A DNA stretch of 64,000 bases from Escherichia coli (GCF_003334355.1 NZ_QOWP01000008.1), one strand, 5' to 3'; numbered from the stretch's first letter, positions 37,036 through 48,878 are shown. A program made the numbers and translations. The notes: generated by a model from the sequence alone, not told the origin.

Positions 37036-37329
37036 TTACATATCCGGGCATTCTACCTTACCCAACGCTTCCCAATAATTGCTCTGATTATTACGTTCCA
37101 TCGCCACGATGGCCTCGCGTATATGTTGTTTATTGTTTTCATCTGACAACATTAACTTTTCCCACGCTTCATCTGATAATGACGCCTGTGGCGTGCAAAT
37201 TTTACGTAAATCTTGTAATACCGTGGTTTTCTCTTTTGCGGACTGCAGTGAGCTAAAAGGCGACTCGGCGTATACGATGCCTGGCATAGCGAAAAAAGTG
37301 AAAATAAGCAGTAGTGTCGTTGGTTTCAT
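37036..37329 (-). CDS. yicS: Small secreted protein YicS
   Basis: 97-aa ORF with N-terminal signal peptide. Confidence 0.8.
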   Translation of the reverse strand: MKPTTLLLIFTFFAMPGIVYAESPFSSLQSAKEKTTVLQDLRKICTPQASLSDEAWEKLMLSDENNKQHIREAIVAMERNNQSNYWEALGKVECPDM

Positions 37330-37550
37330 GGATTCAACCTTTTACAAATGTGTATCGAATGAAGCATAAGTGTAGTTTGCTTTCATCGCTCTCATCATGC
37401 TGTACGAAACGCGCTTGCGTGGTCAGTAAGAAGTGCCAGACTTTATATTCCACTTTTATTCCTTTTTATTCTTATCGATAGCGTTTCGTTTTTTAAACCG
37501 CAGCGACCTTACCGCTATAGTCAGGTAATCATTAATAAAAGGATAAAAAA

Positions 37551-38369
37551 ATGAAACTGACAACACATCATCTACGGACAGGGGCCGCATTATTGCTGGC
37601 CGGAATTCTGCTGGCAGGTTGCGACCAGAGTAGCAGCGATGCAAAACACATTAAAGTTGGCGTTATAAATGGCGCAGAACAAGATGTCGCGGAAGTCGCT
37701 AAAAAGGTGGCAAAAGAGAAATATGGCCTCGATGTTGAACTGGTAGGATTTAGCGGTTCGTTGCTACCGAACGATGCGACAAATCATGGCGAACTTGATG
37801 CGAATGTCTTCCAGCATCGACCCTTTCTTGAACAAGATAATCAGGCGCATGGTTATAAACTGGTAGCGGTGGGAAATACGTTTGTCTTCCCTATGGCGGG
37901 TTATTCCAAAAAAATCAAAACCGTGGCGCAAATAAAAGAAGGCGCGACAGTGGCGATCCCCAACGACCCGACCAACCTTGGTCGCGCACTTTTACTGTTG
38001 CAAAAAGAGAAGCTAATTACTCTGAAAGAGGGAAAAGGGTTATTACCTACCGCGCTGGATATAACCGATAATCCTCGTCATTTGCAGATTATGGAACTCG
38101 AGGGGGCGCAGCTCCCGCGCGTACTGGATGATCCCAAAGTTGATGTGGCGATTATCAGCACCACTTACATTCAGCAGACCGGGCTTTCTCCGGTGCACGA
38201 CAGCGTATTTATTGAAGATAAAAATTCGCCGTATGTGAATATTTTGGTGGCACGGGAAGATAATAAGAATGCAGAAAACGTGAAGGAATTTCTGCAATCT
38301 TATCAATCATCCGAAGTCGCTAAAGCGGCAGAAACCATCTTTAACGGTGGCGCGGTGCCTGGCTGGTAA
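37551..38369 (+). CDS. nlpA: Lipoprotein-28 NlpA (MetQ-like methionine-binding lipoprotein)
   Basis: 272-aa ORF; lipobox LLAGC. Confidence 0.9.
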   Translation: MKLTTHHLRTGAALLLAGILLAGCDQSSSDAKHIKVGVINGAEQDVAEVAKKVAKEKYGLDVELVGFSGSLLPNDATNHGELDANVFQHRPFLEQDNQAHGYKLVAVGNTFVFPMAGYSKKIKTVAQIKEGATVAIPNDPTNLGRALLLLQKEKLITLKEGKGLLPTALDITDNPRHLQIMELEGAQLPRVLDDPKVDVAIISTTYIQQTGLSPVHDSVFIEDKNSPYVNILVAREDNKNAENVKEFLQSYQSSEVAKAAETIFNGGAVPGW

Positions 38370-38372
38370 TTC

Positions 38373-39296
38373 TCACTCATCCCGCGCCGGACGATTTATT
38401 TTTCTGGCGCGGCGACGGGAATCCATTGAAATCAAAATTACCGATGACAGAATCAGCAGCGTTCCCAGCCAGTCCGGTAATGTGAACGTGATCCCCAGCA
38501 ACAGCAAAGAGAGTAGCGCGCTACTTAATGGTTCTGCACAGCTCAAAATGCTGGCTTTTGGACCGCCAATTAATTGTGCTCCTTTCAGGTACAGACTAAA
38601 TGTCAGGGACGTACCAATGACGATCAAATAAAAAAACGCCAAAATCAAACTGCCGTTAACGACAAAGTTTGTCCCTTGTCTGGCATAAAAAGGCAACAGA
38701 ATCAGACCGCCGATCAGCATACTCCAGCCGACGACAGACAACGTGCCATAGCGGGCAATTAGCGTTGAGGGATAGGTGGTATAGAATGCAGCAGCAAATG
38801 CCGAGGCAATGCCCCAGAACAACGCGGCAGGAGAGATCGATAATGACGTCGGATTACCGTGTGTCACCAATAAAAAAGTCCCGACCAGCGATGTCAAAAT
38901 AGCGCAGAAAACCAGAATGCCCGGGCGCGATTTACGCACCAGTGAGAACCAGGCGACGATAATCGTCGGTGAGAGGAATTGCAGCACCGTTGCCGTGGCT
39001 GCGTTCGATTTTTCGATGGTTAGCAAAAAAGTGAGCTGTACAGTTAGCGCGCCAACCACGGAAAAAATCAGCAGGCTAATGGCATCTTTATGATTGTTAA
39101 TAATAGAAAAGATTTTATCGCCATGAACAAATGACAGCGTCAGTAGAATCAAACCGGCGAATATCAAACGCGTCATAGTCAAAAACTGCGACGACATCTG
39201 GCTTTGCTCCATGATGTATTGCGCGCAGACCCCTGAACTTCCCCACAACACGGCGGCAATCAGAACGTTCAGCATCCCCTTTCTGGTGGAACCCAT
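38373..39296 (-). CDS. yicL: EamA/DMT-family transporter YicL
   Basis: 307-aa ORF with 10-TM profile. Confidence 0.85.
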   Translation of the reverse strand: MGSTRKGMLNVLIAAVLWGSSGVCAQYIMEQSQMSSQFLTMTRLIFAGLILLTLSFVHGDKIFSIINNHKDAISLLIFSVVGALTVQLTFLLTIEKSNAATATVLQFLSPTIIVAWFSLVRKSRPGILVFCAILTSLVGTFLLVTHGNPTSLSISPAALFWGIASAFAAAFYTTYPSTLIARYGTLSVVGWSMLIGGLILLPFYARQGTNFVVNGSLILAFFYLIVIGTSLTFSLYLKGAQLIGGPKASILSCAEPLSSALLSLLLLGITFTLPDWLGTLLILSSVILISMDSRRRARKINRPARDE

Positions 39297-39406
39297 TTTT
39301 CCCTCTGCATACTGTTTTGTCGTTTATGTATGCAGGCATGATAGCAAAAATGGCGAGGATGGCTCTGTTTGCGCCACGCCGATTTTTCTTAGCCCAGACT
39401 GGTGAG

Positions 39407-40591
39407 CTAAATATCTTTAATAAACAGCAGGCAAATTATCGCAATACCCAACATCCCTATCGCCAGCCAGAACAACGCATGGTAGCTCCAGATTTCAACC
39501 ATAATTCCGTCAACAGAGCCGGCGATAATCCAGCCGACGCGTGAAGTATTTGCATATAACGTTGTCGCAGAGCCTATTTTTTCAGGCATCAGGTCCTGAA
39601 ATTAAAGCATGCCGATACCACAGAGAATACCAAGGAAGATGGCATTAAGAATTTGCAATTCCAGCTCAACCGCCGGAGTCGTCGCCATGAGTACGCTGGC
39701 GTAAAAACACATTCCACTCACGATAGCAATGAGCATTAATAGTCGCTTGCCAATACGTTTCATGTAATAGCCTGCGATTAACATCATCGGAATTTCCAGA
39801 CCGGCAGCGATACCAATCATTTCTCCAGCCAGTTTATCGGTTAGATGCAGTTCATCAATAATAAATAGCGGCATATTTATCATGTAGAGATTATTCGCCG
39901 CCCACATCATTGAACAGACCACAAAAAGTAGCCGCGTATCCCGCTTCCTGTGGGTGGAGGGTAAAATTTCTACGGGTTGGGTAACGACAGGAATATTTCT
40001 TTGTATTGATGGCAAAAACAACCAGACTATCAGCCCGCAAACAACAAATGCGATGGCAGCGGTGAGATACATCACTTTAAAACTAAATCCCATTGCCAGT
40101 TCATAAGCGAGCGGTGGCCCGATAACCCAGGCAAGCGAGATCTGAGCACGTAAAAATGTACTGAACATGACCGTCTCACGGCCTGTTCTGTCGGCGTGTT
40201 CACGGGCGAGGGCGAACATTTGCGGGTTTGCGGTGGAAGCAAAACTACTCAGAAGTACGCCCGTTGAGAGGAGAATGAAGTAGTTGCGATTCCACGCAAA
40301 AAGCGTGCAGGCCAGCACTCCAAATAAGCAACATAGCAGAATCAGTAATTTACGGTCGCCTTGTTTATCGGAGTGCCTTGCCAGAAATTGACTGACCAGA
40401 ATTCCCATAATAGCGCTACCGGTGAAGAAAAAACCTACCATTATAGGACGGGCTTTCAGTTCATCTGCGAGGAATATACTTAGGGTAGGAGTCTGAAGAG
40501 CGCCCGCAATACCCGTCAGAAAGGCGACAAGTAAAAATGCCGCGGCAGTGAGATCAAGTATTTTTGATGGAGTGGTAGCCGTTTTTTGCAT
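39407..40591 (-). pseudogene. setC: MFS sugar efflux transporter SetC with an in-frame TAA at 39602-39604 (fragments of 329 aa and 60+ aa)
   Basis: ORFs 39602..40591 and 39407..39589 are in the same frame, separated only by a TAA and 4 sense codons; 329+1+4+60 = 394 codons, the length recalled for intact SetC. Confidence 0.7.
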
Positions 40592-41227
40592 TCTTCTGAA
40601 TCACCGGGCGAAAAAATATAACTGAGTTACAAATAAGTACCAGTCGAATGAGTATTGTATTAAGAATTTTTGAGTATCGCTGATACAACCAGAAAGCAAT
40701 GCTAGCGCAATATTATAGGGCCAGCAATTGAGATTATTAGCAAAAGCATGTTAAGAATTAATTACTGAATTTATATATTAATTATAGTAAGGCAATGAGC
40801 TATTTTTGATAGTAAAAATAAAACAAGTTGATTTGATATATTAAATGAACAAATTAATCTTGATGGCAGTCTGATTATTGGTGAAGTTTATAGTCAGTTT
40901 TTTTCGCCAGCGGTTAAAGAAATAGAATAGTCGTATAAAAAAGGGTGTTCTGGGGCGAGTAAAACAACATCTTCACCTTAATGGCGATACAGTTGGCTGA
41001 GAGTCAGCAGGGGGGCAAATCACCTGCAAATAAACACGGCGCATACTGGCGTGAATATCGCGGATGCGTTCGAGGACAGAAGAACCGACAGGCGGATTCT
41101 TCAGCCGCTCATCGTCCATCACAAAACCTTAGACCAGGTATTCCTGAAGCCGATTGAATATTGAGCAGTAGAAAATATCTGGATTGACAGTATTACAAGG
41201 GGTTGGAGAACGTCAGGAGAGGCATTT

Positions 41228-41322
41228 TGGCGGAAGATCACAGGAGTCGAACCTGCCCGGGACCGCTGGCGGCCCCAACTGGATTTGAAGTCCAGCCGCC
41301 TCACCGGAGACGACGATCTTCC
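41228..41322 (-). tRNA. selC: tRNA-Sec (selenocysteine tRNA)
   Basis: 95-nt sequence whose reverse complement reads GGAAGATCGTCGTCTCCGGTGAGGCGGCTGGACTTCAAATCCAGTTGGGGCCGCCAGCGGTCCCGGGCAGGTTCGACTCCTGTGATCTTCCGCCA, with anticodon TCA and encoded CCA end. Confidence 0.95.
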
Positions 41323-41614
41323 GCGCCTCGATTGCTACATGGAGGCGGGGCGCATTATAGCTACTTCCTTGAGTTTCTACATCCCCCAGATCAGTTTTTT
41401 CCGCCTAATACACGCAGCGTATTATCACGAAAGCATTATAGTTCATATAAAACCCATATTTTACAATGATATATGAGCGGAATTAACGCTACCACGATCA
41501 CATAAAACAAGAATCATAAATTAATAACCAGATATCGGAATATTCGCTCTCACAGGGATGGTTTACAAAATGCGTTATCGGTCTCAGCACCCCTATAGCA
41601 TCAAGGAAAAGCAG

Positions 41615-42997
41615 ATGAAGAGTGAAGTGTTGTCCGTTAAAGAGAAAATTGGTTATGGCATGGGAGACGCCGCCAGCCACATTATTTTCGATAACGTAAT
41701 GTTATATATGATGTTCTTTTATACCGATATTTTTGGCATTCCTGCCGGTTTTGTCGGAACCATGTTTTTGGTCGCTCGTGCACTGGATGCGATTTCCGAT
41801 CCTTGCATGGGGTTGTTGGCCGATCGAACGCGCTCTCGCTGGGGTAAATTTCGTCCGTGGGTACTGTTTGGCGCACTGCCATTCGGGATCGTCTGTGTAC
41901 TGGCCTATAGCACGCCAGATCTCAGTATGAACGGCAAAATGATCTATGCAGCAATTACTTACACCCTACTTACCTTACTTTATACCGTCGTCAATATCCC
42001 TTACTGCGCATTGGGTGGTGTAATCACCAATGACCCGACTCAGCGTATCTCGCTGCAATCCTGGCGTTTTGTGCTGGCGACCGCGGGAGGCATGCTTTCT
42101 ACTGTTCTGATGATGCCACTGGTTAATTTAATTGGCGGTGATAATAAACCACTCGGTTTCCAGGGCGGTATCGCGGTCCTTTCCGTGGTGGCATTCATGA
42201 TGCTGGCATTTTGTTTCTTCACCACTAAAGAACGCGTTGAAGCACCACCTACAACAACGTCTATGCGGGAAGATTTACGTGATATCTGGCAAAACGACCA
42301 GTGGCGGATTGTCGGTTTACTAACCATTTTCAATATCCTGGCGGTGTGCGTACGCGGTGGGGCGATGATGTATTACGTCACATGGATTTTGGGCACGCCG
42401 GAAGTGTTTGTCGCTTTTCTCACCACTTATTGCGTGGGTAACCTGATTGGTTCCGCACTGGCAAAACCTCTGACCGACTGGAAATGTAAAGTCACTATCT
42501 TCTGGTGGACGAACGCCCTGCTGGCAGTGATTAGCCTCGCGATGTTCTTTGTTCCCATGCAGGCCAGCATCACTATGTTTGTCTTCATCTTCGTGATTGG
42601 TGTGTTGCATCAACTGGTGACACCTATCCAGTGGGTAATGATGTCCGATACCGTCGACTACGGCGAGTGGTGCAATGGTAAACGCCTGACCGGGATCAGT
42701 TTTGCTGGCACGCTGTTTGTGCTCAAACTGGGGTTGGCCTTCGGCGGCGCTCTTATCGGCTGGATGCTGGCTTATGGCGGATATGATGCGGCAGAAAAAG
42801 CGCAGAACAGCGCCACGATTAGCATCATTATTGCGCTATTCACGATTGTTCCGGCGATCTGTTATTTGCTGAGCGCGATTATCGCTAAACGCTACTACTC
42901 ACTCACGACGCACAATCTGAAAACCGTTATGGAACAGCTGGCTCAGGGTAAACGCCGTTGCCAGCAACAATTCACCTCTCAAGAAGTGCAGAACTAA
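41615..42997 (+). CDS. yicJ: GPH-family (glycoside-pentoside-hexuronide) cation symporter YicJ
   Basis: ORF 41558..42997; start at MKSEVLSVKEKIGYG gives 460 aa. Confidence 0.85.
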   Translation: MKSEVLSVKEKIGYGMGDAASHIIFDNVMLYMMFFYTDIFGIPAGFVGTMFLVARALDAISDPCMGLLADRTRSRWGKFRPWVLFGALPFGIVCVLAYSTPDLSMNGKMIYAAITYTLLTLLYTVVNIPYCALGGVITNDPTQRISLQSWRFVLATAGGMLSTVLMMPLVNLIGGDNKPLGFQGGIAVLSVVAFMMLAFCFFTTKERVEAPPTTTSMREDLRDIWQNDQWRIVGLLTIFNILAVCVRGGAMMYYVTWILGTPEVFVAFLTTYCVGNLIGSALAKPLTDWKCKVTIFWWTNALLAVISLAMFFVPMQASITMFVFIFVIGVLHQLVTPIQWVMMSDTVDYGEWCNGKRLTGISFAGTLFVLKLGLAFGGALIGWMLAYGGYDAAEKAQNSATISIIIALFTIVPAICYLLSAIIAKRYYSLTTHNLKTVMEQLAQGKRRCQQQFTSQEVQN

Positions 42998-43006
42998 GGA
43001 ACGGCA

Positions 43007-45325
43007 ATGAAAATTAGCGATGGAAACTGGTTGATTCAACCTGGCCTCAATTTGATTCACCCGCTTCAGGTGTTCGAGGTTGAACAGCAGGATAATGAAA
43101 TGGTGGTCTATGCTGCCCCCCGTGATGTGCGTGAACGTACCTGGCAGCTTGATACGCCTTTATTTACGCTGCGCTTTTTCTCCCCACAGGAAGGTATTGT
43201 CGGTGTGCGGATTGAGCATTTTCAGGGGGCGCTGAATAACGGTCCTCATTATCCGCTCAATATTTTGCAGGACGTGAAGGTCACAATCGAAAACACAGAA
43301 CGTTATGCTGAGTTTAAAAGTGGCAACTTAAGCGCGCGTGTCAGCAAAGGTGAGTTCTGGTCACTGGATTTTCTGCGCAACGGCGAACGTATTACCGGTA
43401 GTCAGGTGAAAAATAATGGCTACGTGCAGGACACGAATAATCAACGCAATTATATGTTTGAGCGGCTTGATCTTGGCGTTGGCGAAACAGTTTACGGTCT
43501 GGGAGAGCGCTTTACTGCCCTGGTGCGCAATGGCCAGACGGTAGAGACCTGGAACCGGGACGGCGGCACAAGTACTGAACAGGCGTATAAAAATATCCCG
43601 TTCTACATGACTAACCGTGGTTATGGGGTACTGGTCAATCATCCCCAGTGTGTCTCTTTTGAAGTGGGATCGGAGAAAGTCTCCAAAGTGCAGTTCAGCG
43701 TTGAGAGTGAATATCTCGAATACTTTGTTATCGACGGCCCGACGCCGAAAGCGGTACTTGATCGTTATACCCGCTTTACTGGTCGTCCGGCGCTGCCGCC
43801 CGCGTGGTCCTTCGGCCTGTGGCTAACCACTTCATTTACCACCAACTACGACGAAGCGACGGTAAACAGCTTTATCGATGGTATGGCGGAACGCAATCTG
43901 CCGCTGCATGTTTTCCACTTTGACTGTTTCTGGATGAAAGCCTTCCAGTGGTGCGATTTTGAGTGGGACCCGCTGACTTTCCCTGACCCGGAAGGGATGA
44001 TCCGCCGCCTGAAAGCGAAAGGGCTGAAAATCTGCGTCTGGATTAACCCCTATATCGGTCAAAAATCCCCCGTCTTTAAAGAGTTACAAGAGAAAGGCTA
44101 TTTACTCAAACGCCCGGACGGTTCGCTATGGCAGTGGGATAAATGGCAGCCAGGTCTGGCGATTTATGACTTTACCAATCCGGATGCCTGCAAATGGTAC
44201 GCCGACAAACTGAAAGGTCTGGTCGCGATGGGCGTTGATTGCTTTAAGACCGACTTTGGCGAACGTATCCCAACTGATGTTCAGTGGTTTGACGGTTCCG
44301 ATCCGCAGAAAATGCATAACCATTATGCGTACATCTACAACGAACTGGTGTGGAACGTGCTCAAGGACACCGTTGGTGAGGAAGAAGCTGTCTTGTTTGC
44401 CCGCTCGGCCTCCGTCGGTGCGCAGAAATTCCCGGTACACTGGGGTGGCGATTGTTACGCTAACTACGAATCAATGGCGGAAAGCCTGCGCGGTGGTTTG
44501 TCTATTGGCCTTTCAGGTTTTGGCTTCTGGAGCCACGATATCGGCGGCTTTGAAAATACCGCTCCGGCGCACGTTTACAAACGCTGGTGCGCGTTTGGTT
44601 TGCTCTCCAGCCATAGCCGTTTACACGGTAGCAAATCTTATCGTGTGCCGTGGGCCTACGATGATGAGTCCTGTGATGTGGTGCGCTTCTTCACGCAACT
44701 GAAATGCCGCATGATGCCGTATCTGTATCGTGAAGCTGCGCGTGCGAACGCGCGGGGTACGCCGATGATGCGGGCCATGATGATGGAGTTCCCGGACGAT
44801 CCGGCTTGTGATTACCTTGACCGTCAATACATGTTAGGCGACAACGTGATGGTTGCGCCGGTGTTCACTGAAGCGGGCGATGTGCAGTTCTACCTGCCGG
44901 AAGGTCGCTGGACACACCTGTGGCACAACGATGAACTCGACGGTAGTCGCTGGCATAAACAGCAGCACGGCTTCCTGAGTCTGCCCGTTTATGTGCGTGA
45001 TAACACTCTACTGGCGCTGGGCAACAACGATCAACGTCCCGATTACGTGTGGCACGAAGGCACGGCATTCCACCTCTTTAATCTGCAAGACGGGCATGAA
45101 GCCGTCTGTGAAGTGCCCGCTGCTGACGGATCGGTGATCTTTACTTTAAAAGCAGCACGTACTGGCAACACGATTACTGTGACTGGTGCGGGCGAGGCGA
45201 AGAACTGGACACTGTGCCTGCGCAATGTTGTGAAAGTAAATGGTCTGCAAGACGGTTCGCAGGCTGAAAGTGAGCAGGGGCTGGTGGTGAAGCCTCAAGG
45301 GAATGCGCTGACAATTACGTTGTAA
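43007..45325 (+). CDS. yicI: Alpha-xylosidase (GH31)
   Basis: 772-aa ORF with GH31 catalytic region (WINPYI ... KTDFGE). Confidence 0.9.
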
Positions 45326-45339
45326 TCTATTGATGGAAT

Positions 45340-45366
45340 GCCGGGTACGTCTGAGTCGTACCCGGC
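45340..45366. terminator. Hairpin between convergent yicI and yicH
   Basis: gccgggtacg-tctgagt-cgtacccggc perfect 10-bp stem. Confidence 0.65.
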
Positions 45367-45377
45367 GAGATTGATGT

Positions 45378-47087
45378 TTACCGCACCGGCTCCGTCGATG
45401 TAACTTCACCGCTGGAAACGATGCCAGCATTCATGGTTTGAGTCACTTGCTGCTTTGCGGCGTTCACGGCATGCAATTGCCCGCTAACCGTAGGTTTCAG
45501 CGGGGCATTGGCCTGAATATCTCCACTGGCGGTAAGCTGAATATTGCCGTCGCCAGTCAACGGTAATTCAGGCCATCCCCATTGTTGCAAAATATTCACC
45601 GGCACACCGCGTCCATTCAGGCTGATATGGGTCTGACGTTGTGGCGTTTGTGAAACACTGGCAGTGGCTTCCAGAATGCCTTTTTCAGTAAATGCACTCA
45701 GTTCGCTGATATTCACCGTGCTGCTGTTGGCGGTCAGCGCCAGCGACGGGCGACGAACATCAACACGATTGAATGTCGCGGCGGCGGCATTCAGATTCGC
45801 CGAGCCACTCCAGACGCCCCATTTATGATCGGTAACCAGCGTCAGGTTGGCACCGTAACCATCGAGCGTGGTGAGCTGCCACGGGAAGTCAGGGTCGATA
45901 TCAATGATCAGATTGCGGCTGGCGCTAAATCTCTTCAGTTGCAGGCTGTTTAACCAACCGGGTGTCGTTTCCATCCACAACTGTTGCCAGTTTTTCGGCA
46001 AGGTATATTCCAGCCCGGCAATTGCCGCATCATCAAGGATCAACGTTTTCCCGTCACGCAGCCAGTTCCCTGACGTTCTGACCATACCCCCTTCCCAGCG
46101 GCTGGTGAACTGGCGCAGCGCTACGCCCTGCGGGGAAAATTCCGCGTTTATAATCGGGTCAAATAAATGCAGCGAACCATAAATGAACTCGCTAGCGTTC
46201 ATCGACAGTTTGCCTTCTTGTGTCTGCCAGTCATCTTTACTGAAGGTCATGTTGCGCAAGCTGAGATCGAGGTCGGTCACCGCCCAGTCCGGACCTTGCA
46301 AACGAGCATCGATCACTTCCAGGCGACCAATCTGCAACGACGGGACAGAGCGTAATGGCGCAAAGAAGTCGGTTAGCGATTTTTCGCTTTGTAGACGGAT
46401 ATCCGCCATGCGCAGGTTTTCCACTTGCCAGCTGCCGTCGGCGTTACGCTGCGCGTTTCCGGTTAATGTCCCGCGCGCGATGTCGGCACCCAGGTTAGTC
46501 AGCGTAACGCGATCGTTATCAATACTGCCTTCAATCAGTACATTGGTGGCAGGAACATCATTGAGCGAAAGCGATCCGGCACTAAACTGAATCTGCGCCT
46601 TCGTACCCAGCACTTTACCGGCTTTTGGTGACCACGGAACTACGCCGCCATTTACCCGCTGCGCGCTCAGTTTCCATTCGCTATTCGGGCTATTAAACGC
46701 CATATCACGCAGTTGCAGACGATCGGCTTTGAACGGTAGCGGCGCGGTCTGGTCGGTGAGATTCAGCGTCCCGTTTTCCAGCAGGATGGTATCGACATGG
46801 CGTGGTTCGGTCAGTTGCCGACTGCTTAGCGCAATGTCGACACTTTTGGCCACCAGGGTCGCGGGCTGGCCATCACGACCAAACGTGACGTTCTCCAGCA
46901 CGATATGAGATGGCGCGGAAAAACGGTGATCCATCGCCCCGAAGGCCAGATGATAGTCGCTATTCTCGGAAACCCATGCGCTGATATGTTCTGCTCCCCA
47001 GCGGGTTTGCAGAAGAAAATAGAGGCCAGCGATCGCCACTAACAGAGCGATGAGAATGTAGAGAAGCAGCTTCCCAATAAATTTCAT
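45378..47087 (-). CDS. yicH: AsmA-family protein YicH
   Basis: ORF 45378..47111; start at MKFIGKLLLYILIALL gives 569 aa; N-terminal TM anchor. Confidence 0.85.
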   Translation of the reverse strand: MKFIGKLLLYILIALLVAIAGLYFLLQTRWGAEHISAWVSENSDYHLAFGAMDHRFSAPSHIVLENVTFGRDGQPATLVAKSVDIALSSRQLTEPRHVDTILLENGTLNLTDQTAPLPFKADRLQLRDMAFNSPNSEWKLSAQRVNGGVVPWSPKAGKVLGTKAQIQFSAGSLSLNDVPATNVLIEGSIDNDRVTLTNLGADIARGTLTGNAQRNADGSWQVENLRMADIRLQSEKSLTDFFAPLRSVPSLQIGRLEVIDARLQGPDWAVTDLDLSLRNMTFSKDDWQTQEGKLSMNASEFIYGSLHLFDPIINAEFSPQGVALRQFTSRWEGGMVRTSGNWLRDGKTLILDDAAIAGLEYTLPKNWQQLWMETTPGWLNSLQLKRFSASRNLIIDIDPDFPWQLTTLDGYGANLTLVTDHKWGVWSGSANLNAAAATFNRVDVRRPSLALTANSSTVNISELSAFTEKGILEATASVSQTPQRQTHISLNGRGVPVNILQQWGWPELPLTGDGNIQLTASGDIQANAPLKPTVSGQLHAVNAAKQQVTQTMNAGIVSSGEVTSTEPVR

Positions 47088-47207
47088 GGTCTTCCATCCC
47101 GTGAAATGCACATAAGGGAGTTATGCACGATTTACGCGCAATCCTCAAGGCGGGAATGGTTAAAGAGGTGAGACTGCGGCGGTAATTATCTTACCGCCGC
47201 CAGTGAA

Positions 47208-48599
47208 TTACTGTTTTTCTGGTGGGAAAATCAGATTCAGCACGATGGCAGTAATACCGCCCGCGGCGATCCCGGAGGAGAGCAGGTTTTTCAGCCATTC
47301 AGGGGCAAACTGCAAAATCAGCGGCTGCTGAGACACGCCCAGACCAACCGCCAGCGACAGCGCGATAATCAGAATCGCCCGACGGTTCAGCGGCTCACGA
47401 GAAACGATACGCACACCGGAGGCGGCGATGGTGCCAAACATTACAAGCGTTGCGCCGCCCAGAACCGGTTCTGGAATGTGTTGTACAAAACCGCTCACTG
47501 CCGGGAACAGACCCAGCACGATCAACATCAGCGCGACGACAAAACCGACATAGCGGCTGGCAACACCAGTCAACTGGATCACTCCGTTGTTTTGCCCGAA
47601 GCAGGAGTTCGGGAAGGTGTTAAACACCGCCGAAACAAACGAGTTCAGGCCGTTTGCCAGCACGCCACCTTTCAGGCGTTTCATGTACAGCGGACCGGAC
47701 ACTGGCTGTTCGGAAACGTCAGAGGTCGCCGTGATATCGCCAATGGTTTCCAGCGAAGTGATCATAAAGACCAGCATCAGCGGCAGCAGCAGACTCCATT
47801 CAATGCCAAGACCGTAATAGAGCGGCGTTGGCACCATAATCAGTTCTTGCGTCATCGGTTCGTTGCTTTCTGGCAACATGCCCATAAACCACGCCAGCGC
47901 ATATCCGGCCGCCATCGCAATCACCAGTGAGGCCACGCGTAAGTAAGGGTTACGTTGACGGTTAAGCAGGATAATTAAGGCTAAGACCACGCCTGCCAGC
48001 AGCAGATTTTTCGGTGCGCCGAAGGTGTTATCGCTCATGGCTGCGTAACCGCCGCCAATGGACGTTAACCCAACCTGAATTAGCGACAGGCCGATAATCA
48101 TCACCACAACGCCAGAAACCAGCGGCGTAATAATGCGGCGCGCCAGATGCAGAACGCGGGAGATCACCATCTCGGTGCAACTTGCCAGCATCAACGTGCC
48201 GAACAAAGCCGCCATCATGGTAGGAACATCAGCACCACCGGTTTTCAGCGCGGTACCGCCCATAATCAGCGGGGCAACAAAGTTGAAGCTGGTGCCCTGA
48301 ATAGACAACAGCCCGGAGCCAACCGGACCCCAGGCCTTAATTTGAATAATCGATGCCACACCGGAGGCAAACAGCGACATACTAATAATGTGTTGCGTGT
48401 CTTGTGCCGGTAAACCCAGCGCCTGGCAGATTAATAGCGCTGGCGTGATCACCGCAACGAACATCGCCAGCAGATGCTGACAGGCGGCAAACAGGGTTTG
48501 AGGAAGCGGCGGACGATCTTCAAGACGGTAAATCAGTTCGCTGTTTTGAGTCTGCGCAACCGGTTGCGCATTTTCTGACTCGAGGGTGGAAACAGACAT
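47208..48599 (-). CDS. xanP: Xanthine permease XanP (NCS2 family)
   Basis: ORF 47208..48608; start at [12 protein letters not shown] gives 463 aa. Confidence 0.9.
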
Positions 48600-48651
48600 C
48601 GAAAACAATCCCGTGGTAGCAAAGCGGGCATTTTAGCTGACCGAAAGAGAA

Positions 48652-48667
48652 AAGCAAACGTTTGCCA
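48652..48667. promoter_or_regulatory. PurR-box-like palindrome upstream of xanP
   Basis: aaGCAAACGTTTGCca contains the perfect palindrome GCAAACGTTTGC, about 55 bp upstream of the xanP start. Confidence 0.5.
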
Positions 48668-48878
48668 CATCCTCATCTAAATATTTAAATGAGATAAATG
48701 CACTTTTTTATATAACTTTTGGTATTTTTCTGCTTAAAATCCATGCCATTTGTTCATTAACAGCTGAGAATTTGACCCAGGAAAGCATAACTCGATACCC
48801 GTCATAGTTCATGAAGTTGCCACTGCGCGATGAAGTATGACGAGTATGAAAGAGTGATGCGGATACAAAGGAGTAACT

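Noticed and set aside
40592-41227. AT-rich 640-bp non-coding block next to selC, examined for island remnants, integrase fragments or CRISPR-like repeats
   Set aside because: No direct repeats of the tRNA 3' end, no repeat-spacer periodicity and no coding potential detected by eye; interpreted as the ordinary setC upstream region.
41119-41304. 61-aa ORF overlapping selC
   Set aside because: Overlaps the tRNA-Sec gene; spurious.
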